DNA of 64,000 nucleotides, taken from contig CM074808.1 in the NCBI GenBank assembly GCA_037447605.1, positions 1,364,001 through 1,428,000 of the forward strand, given 5' to 3'. Below the pieces are notes generated by a model that saw only the letters and a program-made list of their open reading frames with translations, ran no database searches and was not told where the DNA came from. This document shows, piece after piece, positions 1 through 10,709 of this stretch. This stretch comes from Zygnema circumcarinatum SAG 698-1b. Its lineage: Eukaryota > Plantae > Zygnematophyceae. Position 1 is the stretch's first letter; every line of letters starts with the position of its first letter. The position numbers and the translations under genes were made by a program.

Positions 1-206
1 GCTAACAAGAGTCCGCTTCGTTTCCATATCTTCCGCCATTTCTATGGAGCCTAATCTGATTTTTGCAGCCTTTAGATTTCTCGCAACGAAGGCTTTCTTA
101 ACCTAAGCTCGTGTTGTGATTGTCTCATGTATCAGTCTAAGCGATTACATGCTGGAGGAGTCCGTCTGCCTTCTTCTTTGTGCTTCATGGTTCAAAGCTC
201 TTCCAG

Positions 207-550
207 CATTCGACGAAGTGGAGGCTGAGGATTATTACATTGAAGATGAAGAAGATTACGAGGAAGATGAGGCACACTATTCATCCTTGCGGATAGGGAA
301 TCGTCGCTGGGGGGAAAACGGTTTTGTGCGTGGAGGCCGCATGGAGGCACGTCCCGTTAACCATAAGGGCTCACCGAACAATGGTGGTGCTTCCTCAAGC
401 AGGCCAAAGGCTTCCAATGGCTCTGGAGGGGCTGCAGGCAGCAGCAAGCAGCAGCAGCATGTGGGAAGGCGCGCCAAGCGGGCACAGCAACGCGAGAACG
501 CTGACAGTGCCGCTCCGTCCAAAGCAAGTTCCCGCAGCGGCAGGCGCTAG
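207..550 (+). CDS. Last exon of a gene that starts before the window; acidic then Ser/Gly/basic low-complexity C-terminus, product unknown
   Basis: Acceptor ttccag at 201-206; open frame FDEVEAEDYYIEDEEDYEEDE...SSRSGRR to TAG at 548-550. Confidence 0.65.
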
Positions 551-1472
551 GCACATGCGCCGATGTCAAGCCACTCGATCATCACTTGATCATCTTGCGT
601 GTTTGGTGCAGGCATTGTTGTACAATTGAAGTGATATCGTTTTGTGTTTGTTTGAAACCTGTATAGAAATCCCGTCAAGAAGCCTTTGTTAGTCTTTTTT
701 ATTCGACTTTGTTAAGTAGTAGTTTTAATGAGTGTATAGACGTACATATGTGAATGATTTCTCGAGGAAAGGCTTTTCAATCGGTACAAAATCGATGGTT
801 TTTCGTGGTTGTACCCGAAGGGGGGGCCCGACAAAGGCATACTAAATGGGTTTGCCCTCGTCGAGCTTGTAAGTTGACAACTCATGCTTGCAGCGGACAG
901 CAATCTGACATTCTAGGGATCATGCCGCAAGCTGCAGTCTTTTGTTTGCGCAACAGTATGCTTCCGTGAGTTTGAAACCTGGCGTGCCAGGAAAGTCCAG
1001 GACGTGGATTCGTTCCTACTGGCATGCTTGAGATGGTAAACCCATTTGCATGTCCTTGTCCTTACTGCGAGAAATCGAGAAGCAGCACCAAAGCTCGAGG
1101 GTAAAGAGTGCACCGTCGTGAACAACCACCACCGCCACCACCACCGCCGCAGGCAGCACGCGCCCCAATGGTTCCTACGACCGGCCCTACACTTTCAGAA
1201 ACATGGAAATGGCGTTTCTAGGTAGTGGATTCTGGGTTCGTCAAATCTCCCGTGCACTATGCTCTGTCTCAGTTACAGTTACCGTGCGCTCAGACCGTGC
1301 GTTCCGTCGTTTCCGTGCATGCTCTGTCAGTTCGCAGCCCGGAACAATCGGTATAATGCTAGTATCGACACGATATCATGCGATACGATACCGTATCGCG
1401 GAGTCCCGGTCGCCGCGGCCCGGCGGGGCCCTCTCTGCGCGCCGCACCCGCGGAACCGGGGGCCCAGCCGGG

Positions 1473-1685
1473 CCGTACGGCACTGCTGTCGTATTTGACC
1501 GTACATATTGTCGTTTGATGTACGGTCCGGTCCCCTCCGACACGCGGCGCGAACTTTCTCGCGTGCGCGGCGGCAGCGAGCTTTGAAGGGCCGTACTGGC
1601 CGTACTATACCATATATTACCGTACGACGGCCACGTGACGCGCCATCTGGTCCGTACACGAGGTGAGGGGGGCGCCACCGTACGG
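1473..1685. promoter_or_regulatory. Cluster of CCGTAC/GTACGG motifs (SBP/SPL-box-like GTAC core) upstream of the gene at 1935
   Basis: 8 sites at about 1473, 1499, 1520, 1591, 1600, 1620, 1652 and 1678 (two are CCGTACGG palindromes) in about 215 bp. Confidence 0.45.
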
Positions 1686-1729
1686 CGCTGGCTGGCGCCT
1701 TGCTTTGGTGCGAGAGGGGCCGGATGGGG

Positions 1730-1905
1730 AGCGGGAGAGAGGAAGAGGGAGAGGGAGAGGGAGAGGGAGAGGGAGAGGGAGAGGGAGAGGGAGAGGGAGG
1801 GCGAGGGTGAGGGAGAGGGCGAGAGGGAGGGTGAGGGAGAGTGGGAGGGGGAGAGGGGGAGGGAGAGAGGGAGGGGGAGAAGGGGAGAGGGAGGGGAAGA
1901 GGGAG
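1730..1905 (+). repeat. Purine-rich (GAGAGG)n / GA-rich tract just upstream of the first exon
   Basis: Near-perfect GAGAGG run at 1745-1797 that degenerates on both sides. Confidence 0.9.
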
Positions 1906-1934
1906 GGACGAGGCTGCGATTCTTTGACGGCCAC

Positions 1935-4900
1935 ATGCGCTCCTGCAGCGACCCCCCGCAGGTGAGCGGAGCGAGGGCGAGAAAGGGGTAGAGGATGATT
2001 TGGAGGGGGATGTGTTTGAGTGCGGGAAAGGCGGCAGCCCTAAGTCGGTTGTTTGGTGCTGTTTCGGAGAAAGGTGCGAAGCCGGGAATGGGTGGCTAAG
2101 GTTTGAAAGTCTTACCAAGAGTTGTTTTGGGTGGGTAGAGAGTAGACTATATATGAGTGCTCATGGTCGCCGAGCTGAACCATCAGAGGTAATGCTTGAG
2201 GTTGAGTTTGATCATTGCGCGGATTGTATTTGTTGACTTTTGTCTGGCAGTTGAGGGGAGTGCGGCTATTATGGCTGCCTGTCGCAGATAACGAGAAGTA
2301 CTTGCTTCTGGAGGTATGAAACCCTAAGCCATCCAATTGAGAAAGCCAATGACAAGGTTATGCCTGAGCAATGTCGGTTATGTATGTTTATTTTCAGTCT
2401 TTATGTTCTGGTCCAAACTTGATGCTCTAGAACCATGTCTATCGCAGCTTGCTCATTAGCCCTGATAGTTTATGGCAGCGAGCTCATTTTGGCATGCAGG
2501 ATGAGGAGACGGGTGATGTTCTTCTTCCCCTCATCTATATGAAGAGCGTTTTTGAGGCCAACTACAGGTTTGCAGTTTTCCTTCCAGGACGGATGCCAGA
2601 TTGCGCAAAGTCTGTACTCCACATTTGAAGTCTCAGGTCAAAGCTGCAGCTTTGAGTATTCTGTGTGCCATGTGGAGCTTCATATTTTGGAAAATGGATC
2701 ATCGCAGAGGTTTTTGTCTGGGTAAGTGCTGTTGAACATTCTTCTTTTGTATGCGGAGCTAAAAACTCGGACACCTCTGACCTTCTTGCTGCGTTTATCG
2801 TTGCAGCCGCAAGCTGTCAAGCCTCAAGCATAGACTGGTGGTCCTTCCATCGGCTGAAGTTTTAGGTGGCGGGGAAGTGGGGAACAAGAGAAAGAGTGCT
2901 TTAGAAGGAGATCTCAATCGCGGATTTGTTTACTGGCAGTGGGCATTCGAGTCACCACATGAGGTTAAAGTTCTTATCCGTCAGGTAAGCTAGTCTAATT
3001 GAAACTTCGACTGAATATGGAAGTCCCTTTTTGCAATTCTGGGGATTTGTACTCAGCATTCTTCTGACTCAAGTTCAGCTTTTGTGTTCCTGATTTTCCC
3101 TCTTAAATGATTGACGATGTCAGCGGTAAGCGCTTTTAGGAGTGTAATAGGCCAGGTCACATCACAGCAGTCACATTTGTATTCTTGACATATTAGTTAC
3201 TGAAGGTTTTGTTGCCTGATATCTATTATGCAGGCATTAGGTGACCCCCAGGGACATCTTCGCCTCATTCTTCTACCAATCGTGTACAATGCAATGGCAC
3301 AGAAGCAGAAGGTTAGAGTTCTTTACGATTGCCTTCAAATATGAACTCATTACAAGGCTTCTAACTGTTGTATGATATTCTCAGACAAGAACGTTTTTTG
3401 AAACCCTGTGATGCCCGTTACGGCTTCGATTGTTGTGAAATTGAATGTTGGTCAACGAGTTATTACTGGTTGCGAGCATATCCTGTCTGGGCAGCGCTTT
3501 TTTACGTGTCGGTGTCTTACAAGTGCCTCGAAAACTTTCTCGATGGCCGATAGAGGACCGTTGCATGTTATCGAACAATCAGTACGAAAGTGATAATGGA
3601 AAATCCTTATGCCTTTTGTCTTTGTCTGATGCTGATGTGGCAGTTGAGAGCAACCCCATTTTTTCGAGCCCTGCATCGTGCACTTCGAGATTCGAACTAT
3701 TCTGAGCTACTCAAGGTTGGTCCTCATGCAATTTGGTCGGAGCTAGAGTAGTTGAAGTGATATTAGGAAGCACAGCTGAGTTCGTTTTGGAAGAATCTAG
3801 GGAAGTAATTCGCGCATATCTTGATTGAAGGAGACAACTTCCAACGTTCCTTCTGAACTATTGGGCTGAATCTTTCGGTTCGTTGATGGTTTCAGCTGCC
3901 TCCAGATGTCGAAGCAGAGTTGGCGGAGGCTGACAAGGCTAGTCTTTCACTTTCGCTCGGAAGCAGTGGTGCGTGCGCTTTACCACTACAGAGGCAGTGA
4001 CTTTGTGGTTGACTGCCTTTGAATTTGTAGCAGAACTTTACGGAGAACTCTGTTTTATTGCTCCTGCCTTCCATACGGAACTCTTTTGAGTCATAGGTTT
4101 CCATAGTCCTCGTAGCTACGAGTTCCTCGTTGGTGAAAGTCTTTAAGTGACTGACGTATGGCAAAGTGGCTATGTTGCTGCAATGCTGCAGACACGTCAA
4201 GTATGCGGGGGCAAGGGAAAGTTTTCAATGGACCCTACGATTTGTACAAAACTCTGACTAAGTGAGTTTTCTGTCGAACTCCTTGGAGGCATGAAATGTC
4301 CTAGGCAAGTTTTCGTGATTCGGATGCTCGAATGGGACTACCATGGTCTGTTAAGCATGCATGCATATGGTATGGTAACCAGCAGATGATGAATGATTGC
4401 TTTACATGTCGCTCATGCCTGTTTCTTATCTTTGAATTTGCCTATGCACATCAAGCTTACACGATAAAAAGTCTCGTCGTTTACAGGTATACCCTATCGT
4501 ATGAGGCTGCCGAAGACTCTGATATAAGCAAGCGCAGGTGCATGGGAAGTGGGGCTCAGGGGGAAAGTCTGAGCACAGCCGTTCCTTCGGGCCCCTTGTT
4601 AACCCCCAGCCAGGGCGGGGTAAGGAACTGGATTTCCTCTTTGTTACTCGATTTTACTCATCGAGTTGTATAGGAGGTCCTAATAATGCTACCGCATGCG
4701 CTTCATTCAGGCACACGTTGCCATGCCATCAGGACATACGTAAACATTGGCATGAGTTTACGCTTCCTGTTAACTGGTTCTTTGGTTGGAGGGTGCAAAG
4801 CAGCAAGTCATTCCCTCCCAGACTGCTTCATGGCAGGGAGGGGCCACGCCAGCTGAAGAGGTGGACAGGACTGCTTTGCTTGAATTGCAAAAACAGAATG

Positions 4901-5315
4901 ATACCATTGCCAACGAGGTAAAGCCCTTTTCCCAGAACATTCTGGACTCTTCTTGCCACGAGGGACGATATTGTACAGATTAGGATACGTATCGAATCAG
5001 GTTATGGTATGGGTTTGCCTGAAACACTTCAGAAATAAAGCGGAGAGTTTCTGGCATTTGAGAAGCAGGGAAGTTAAGAGGCGTTGCACGTAGTCAGTAT
5101 TGTGGCAAATTCGTTATCAATTGTTTGAAACTGATAGCTGCAGACGCGTGTGCCGGCCGGCCTTGCAGCTGCAGCAGTTCCGCAAGGAATGCGAGTCAAA
5201 CATGCAGAGCGTGTACTCCGAACTCTTCAGCATGCGCAGATGGCTGACAGACGTGGCCCAGCAGCTCATGTCTCAACGGGACTACCACCAATCCTTATCA
5301 CGACGACCTCCTTAA
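1935..5315 (+). CDS. Spliced gene for an uncharacterised protein with a probable C-terminal coiled coil
   Basis: Phase-consistent exons 1935-1961, 2251-2313, 2500-2567, 2807-2984, 3234-3311 (MRSCSDPPQLRGVRLLWLPV...RGFVYWQWAFESPHEVKVLIRQALGDPQGHLRLILLPIVYNAMAQKQK), then 4487-4619, 4792-4917, 5169-5315. The link between 3311 (phase 0) and 4487 (phase 2) needs one more exon, possibly ending at 4260; otherwise the gene stops at 4504. Confidence 0.65.
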
Positions 5316-6417
5316 CGCGCTGCTACTCCTGCACACATCTCAAAAGTTAACAAGGCGTCATGCAAGATGGTTTTTCCAACGCGCGCAGTTAATGTCCTTT
5401 TTCCGGCCTTGCAAGCCGTTGCTTATTCTATTCTGAGCCTGGTAGCAATCACTGCCAGGAGCAGACGTAACCCTCTGCCCCAAAACCACCGGGATTTGGT
5501 TCCTTTCTCTACCTTTCTTAGTGCTAATGGAGTCTCCAACAGCGGCTGCAGTGGCCTGCAGCCGAGAGTTTCTACATCCACTTTAACGAAAGGTCTTTTA
5601 CGAGATGAGCAGTCTCTTATTTTGGAAGGTCGTTCCTATCAGTTCCTTCAGTGGAAGTGACGCGCGTCTGTAGGGTCCAATGTGAAACGTGGACGTGAGG
5701 CATAGGTTTTAGTGGTGCGTCGTATTTTACGCACTTTTTTTCTGTTTTCCAGCGGCAAACCGCCAGGCATGTTTTCTCTGCAGATTTGGATGCACAGATG
5801 TTTTCTCTGCAGCTTTAGAATTTACTAATCTTTCTGCCAGAAGTGTTACTGTCCTTAGAGAATGCTGTTGACCTGTCTTGGAAGGGGGCAGCCAGGCAAC
5901 ACAGGCGAATGTATAATGAGTTAAGAACAGTTCTAAAAATCAGTGCTGTTTTGTCGTCACGGTTACATTGGATTGGCGTGTGTTGGAAAAGGTTCCTTAC
6001 TGACTGCTCGGAACATTGTAATGTGGTACTTAATTGAGAAGTCCACTTTCGCTCTTCCATTTGTTTTCTATTGAACCAGCAGAAACCGTCCTTTCACTAA
6101 CCGCATTTTGAAAAGAGGCCTTTATCAATCCAAGGGGCCAAATAAAAAAGTAAAGATACTTTGCCTGAGCGCTTGTCTGCGTCTTTCAATGCCGGAATTG
6201 ACTCGACCAGCGATTGGATTGGCTGCAGCAGTTGCACGAGACTGCCTGCGACCCAGCCAGATTGCAACATCTGGACTCGACTGCTAAAATTTCGAAGCTC
6301 GTGCCTAGTTGCGTCTTTTTTAAGCGAAATGAAGTTGATATCCTTGTGGTAAAATCGAGCAGATTTTTTCTACACGGAAATAATTCTAGACAGGATTCTA
6401 TTAGGGGGTTTAAGAAT

Positions 6418-7362
6418 GGGTAGTGATATTTCCACCCCTTTTTTGGATCCAAACACCCCTTCCCGGCCGGGCAGATTTCAAAAAGGATTAAAAACGGAAA
6501 ATGCTTTTTTCACACCTTTTTGGAATCGATACCCACCCTCTATCGGCAGATCATATTTTCGCGAAACAAGGAAAATGATAACCCGTCACCCCATTTTGAA
6601 TATCCCGCCTACCTGAATTTTTTTTCACGCGTGCGGTAAATCGCAGCCGTCCATTCCCTCGCAGATCGCAACTCGGCAGATCACTATTTGATCTGCAGCC
6701 GGGCTCGGTCACAGCGAATGGCACGTGCCCACGTATCCCGCCAAACTCGTCTCAAAAGTTTGTCCGTACAGATATCGTACGGTCGCAACTTTGAGGAACC
6801 CAAATTCTATACAGTACATTGAGAGCTTGAACCAATCAAAATTTCCACGTCGATATGTAACACGTGGCAGATGTTGTTTGGTTTGAAGCTGACAATGACG
6901 AGATCTCGGGCCGAGGGACGCGCGCACTCGCACGTACGATCCGGCTTTGACGGGACTCGTGGGCGCTTTCCATTCGCTGAGATCGAACCCGGCTGCAGAT
7001 CGAACGGTGATCTGCCGTGGTGCGATCTGCGAGGTAATCGACAGCTGCGATTGACACACGTGTGCAGGACGGACACTCACGAACGATCTCGTGGCGGACG
7101 GATCTTCCGCTCCGAGCGGATTCGGGCAGGCAGATATTTCTTTCCCTCTAAAAAAAATTCAGGGAGGCGGGATACAGTATTCAAAATGCGGTGACGGGGT
7201 ATCATTTTCCTTGGTTAGCAAAAATAAAATCAGCCGACGGACTGTGGGTATCGATTCCAAAAAGGTGTGAAAAAAACATTTTCCGTTTTTAATCCTTTTT
7301 GAAATCTGCCCGGCCGGGAAGGGGTGTTTGGATCCAAAAATGGGGTGGAAATATCACTACCC
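6418..7362. mobile_element. Non-autonomous DNA transposon (MULE/Mutator-like MITE) with long terminal inverted repeats
   Basis: TIR GGGTAGTGATATTTCCACCCC...; about 119 bp with 2 mismatches (6418-6536 vs 7244-7362), with weaker inverted similarity to about 200 bp; 8-bp target-site duplication TTAAGAAT at 6410-6417 and 7363-7370; no transposase ORF inside. Superfamily is inferred from TIR length and the GGG end. Confidence 0.9.
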
Positions 7363-7975
7363 TTAAGAATTGAGACTGTCGGTATGGAGTTTGTCTTTAA
7401 GGAAGTACTTTCTATAGAAGTTAGTTTCTGTTAGTTTTCCTGAGAGTGCTGCACATAGAACTAGGGGATTCATTTCCACGTCCTCAACCCTTATAGTGGT
7501 TAACATCACGTCCATTTGCTGGACATGATGCCATCACTCTGCAGCACCAATCTGAAAATGTAAAGGAAATCACCATCGACAGGGCAGGCTGAAGTGCTAT
7601 CCTAAGTGAACATCAAGTGAGCTTCGCACTGGTCGTTCCGAACATCTAATGTACTTGGGCACAAATAGAATGGCGCAGCTGTCTACGTCTCAAAGCCTGC
7701 TATTCACACAGGTCGACAAGAATAGCAGGCCGCTCTGTACATCTAAGTGCACTGAATACTAGCAGACATCCATCGTTTCTGCGGGAAATCTGCAAGGTTC
7801 CCCAAGCATGTTTCAAAAACGGCTCTCTAAGCCTCAAAGGAACCCATTCTCAAAAGATCGCAGCTAACATGGGAAAATCCGCTCACATAGCCAGCCCACG
7901 ACACCAAGTGTCAATCTCCAAGGAGCAGGGACGATTCCAACGATGGTGGCACACAGACATGTCCAACATGTTCTA

Positions 7976-8165
7976 GGGCAACTCCGCCTCCACATCTTGA
8001 TGCGGGCATTCTGCTCGGGCATCTCTGCCTGATCGGGGCACTCCGCCCCTACATCTTGACACCTCGGGCACTCTCTGCCTCCACATCTTGACGAGGCATT
8101 TTCTGGGTCCATGACTTGATAAGGCAAACCTCTTTGCATACCTTGATGAGGCATCCCTGCCTGAG
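7976..8165. repeat. Degenerate tandem repeat of about 28 bp (core GGGCA..C.CCTCCACATCTTGA)
   Basis: Several imperfect units; on the minus strand they give recurring PxQDVEAE-like peptides spread over different frames. Confidence 0.6.
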
Positions 8166-8702
8166 CCGAGCCCCAAGGGATGACAAACATTGTGAAAGTC
8201 CCGTGGACAAGTCACGGCTGTCCATTCTAGGACAAAACAGATGCACCATCACACAGCCAAAGCTGTCCAAGGATAGACTGCAATAAGGAGCGGTAGCCCA
8301 GATGCGGCCATCCATCCCCCCCATGCTTGTAGAAGACCACTTGGGTCACTCCTACTCCTTTTAGTGCATCACATACACTTGAAGGTCCCAGCAGATTAGG
8401 TGCTTGATAAAGCTGTAAGTTTGGCCTACGTCCAACTCCACCAACTCCCATCTCTTCCCAGCGTTTGGTCAAAATCTTCATGTGAAATCACCTAAACTGA
8501 CATATGGCCAAGGCATGCACCTTAGCATGCCTGCAGGCATCCATTAAATCAACAACGGCCTCAATAGGTTGGATGAGCCCGCGCTGTAGTTTCGATTATT
8601 CCACCAGTATTCAACTGAATGCCGGAATGCGATTCTCACGTGTAGCCCTAAAAGTTACGAATAATACTCCCTCGCATTTCCCTAATCACTTGCAGTACAT
8701 CA

Positions 8703-9029
8703 TCATTTGTTACGGACTAGGACAGAGCGTCCGTTCCATCGGAGCACCTTCTTTCTTGCAATAGACATCTTGCGCATAAACTCTGCATTCGGATGTATTA
8801 AAATATGAACTGGAACCTCGGAAAGGTTGGCGGCCTTGAAAGCAAACAGACGGCGGTTATCAAAAGTCCACCACTTGCGTCCCCAGCGGAGAACTCTGAC
8901 CTTTGGGACATCCTCCACCTTAAGCCTCCCACTGCGCAAATTATCCACAAAATCTCGAACGGATTGAACTGAGTTGCTGAATTTCGGGGGAATGGTCACC
9001 TGCGTGAAGCAAATGTCTACAGGTTTCAT
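8703..9029 (-). CDS. Intronless 108-aa ORF resembling a ParB/sulfiredoxin-like domain (Tox-ParBL-like)
   Basis: MKPVDICFTQVTIPPKFS...LRSGRLKVEDVPKVRVLRWGRKWWTFDNRRLFAFK...VPV...NGRSVLVR matches the recalled pattern P..I.FTQ..I...F / IP.IRV / W.S.DNRRL..FK / N.G.SV.VR; the frame is open from 9122, so an upstream exon is possible. Confidence 0.6.
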   Translation of the reverse strand: MKPVDICFTQVTIPPKFSNSVQSVRDFVDNLRSGRLKVEDVPKVRVLRWGRKWWTFDNRRLFAFKAANLSEVPVHILIHPNAEFMRKMSIARKKVLRWNGRSVLVRNK

Positions 9030-9833
9030 CTGCTTGACACCACCAATAGCGGTGTTGAAGGTGTCATTCACTTTCCGATGAATCAGGCTGCCACGGCTCA
9101 GGAGGGCATACGCCCCCCGGAATCAGAGAAAAATATCGTCTATAAATTTTTTTTCGAAGAAAATACGATAAGTGTGTTAGTGTTAGACCCCCCATCTGAT
9201 GTCCCCTCACTTGCCGCTGTAGACATTTCAGACTGAAGAATATGCAAGGGAATAAAACATACACTGAGAAGCTTTTTGGAGAAAGCTCTAAGCCTAAAAC
9301 TCCATTAAGAATAATCGGAATGATTACAAAGAATATGTTCAGCACTCAGCCTTGCACTATCTTTTAAGCACTCCCTTTAATCCCAAAGAACATACCTGAG
9401 CTACCCAAGCTCCCACCTCCTCTATTCAGCCTACACAAGGGCTGATTGCACACAGCAAACAGTAGAAGGGTAAACCTAAGCTAAGCACTAAGCACTATTT
9501 ATGCCTAAGCCCTAAAGAGAGCCGCAGCTCCTCATTCGGCCGCACTCCCACCGCTTCCAATAATTCGCCTCCATGTCCGCCGCTCCTCGCTCGCCTCGAC
9601 GCCCGCCCTGGCTCTCGTCCTCCGCTTGCTGACTGCTCGGCTGGCCATGTCCGCCGCCCGGTGAGCCCGGGAGCTCGTCCTCCTCTGCGCTGCCTCCTTG
9701 CAGTTCCTGCCTCCTGCCTCCATCCTCCAGCAGGCCTGTAACCCTAATTGCCACGTGGTAGTCCCAGATTGGCTGCCCCAATTGGCGCAGCCAACCGGTG
9801 GCATCCCGTGCTACCCGCCAAACAATAAGCGTA

Positions 9834-10024
9834 CAGTAGACCCCCCCAATATTTTCGCCATGGTTTCGGCAAATATTGGGCGAAAATATTGGGTAGCGAA
9901 AATATAAGGGTGCGTGTTAACAATAGGCGGGCAGTATTATGTTAAAAAGTGGTTTTGGCAAATTCAGGGCGAAAATATTGGGGAGCGAAAATAAGAGGGG
10001 CGAAAATATTGGGGGGATCTACTG
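9834..10024. mobile_element. 191-bp Tc1/mariner (pogo/Tigger-like) MITE
   Basis: TA|CAGTAGACCCCCCCAATATTTTCGCC ... GGCGAAAATATTGGGGGGATCTACTG|TA; 26-bp TIR with 1 mismatch; TA at 9832-9833 and 10025-10026. Confidence 0.9.
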
Positions 10025-10137
10025 TACTATTTATTTCTCCTGGCCGTACATTCGTACACATTGACCAAATCCTATAATATCGACTGTACGGTAATCCATA
10101 CACCGACAAAGTGAGGGTAGTCGTGAGAGAGCTCATT

Positions 10138-10398
10138 TCAAAAACTGCCGTTTGTAAACGACACCCACCAGTCGTTTTCTCCAGTCACCGCAACGCGCTG
10201 CGAGAACTGCCCCCGCAGCTCGATGTGCATTCCCTTCGGAAGACCGTGATACTTCTGCCACCCGTCTGAAAATAGCATTTTGAAGGAACCCTTGGGCCCG
10301 AGAGCGAGACGCCTCACCTTCCTGTCCGCCATGGCTGCGCGCTTGCACGTTGCGGCTTGGCGGTTCTGCCGGTCCAAATCAGAGGGAGCCTGCTCCAT
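10138..10398 (-). CDS. Candidate small ORF (86 aa) divergent from AK6, function unknown
   Basis: ATG at 10398, about 310 bp from the AK6 ATG across a GC-rich promoter with CCGTAC sites; no recognised homologue. Confidence 0.3.
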   Translation of the reverse strand: MEQAPSDLDRQNRQAATCKRAAMADRKVRRLALGPKGSFKMLFSDGWQKYHGLPKGMHIELRGQFSQRVAVTGENDWWVSFTNGSF

Positions 10399-10709
10399 GT
10401 GAGCTAGTCCCGTAACATGAAAAATATCGCCGTTCAGTTCGTGTGTGACGGTTCCGTGGACTAGTCAGCTGACCGTACAGCAACGTTCCGTTTGGTACGG
10501 CAAATGTCAATTGTAACGGTTTCCGGAACGGAATCCGTCAGGTCTGTTGGGGGCCGTCCCTGACGCAAGCCCTAATCAGGCAAATGGCGGCTTCGGAATA
10601 GCTAGGGGGAGCGAGCTTCCAGCCATGGCGGCCGCAGAAGACAGCGAGCGTGGGTGAGCGGTGAGCGCGGACACGCATGGGACAGCCCGTGGTTGGATCT
10701 GCAAAGGCC

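Noticed and set aside
1327-2118. Long Ser-Pro-rich, extensin-like ORF on the minus strand, plus overlapping Arg/Glu and Arg/Gly ORFs
   Set aside because: All frames are open only because of the stop-free GAGAGG tract; the plus strand carries the real first exon at 1935-1961
6161-7700. Leucine-rich-repeat-like fragments flanking the MULE-like element (GCSSCTRLP, LQHLD, LRVLHIEL)
   Set aside because: Short, in different frames and full of stops; cannot be told from chance without a profile search
9880-10015. Short direct repeats with variable spacers, superficially CRISPR-like
   Set aside because: Repeats are 9-14 bp, irregularly spaced, inside a MITE, in a eukaryotic context with no cas genes
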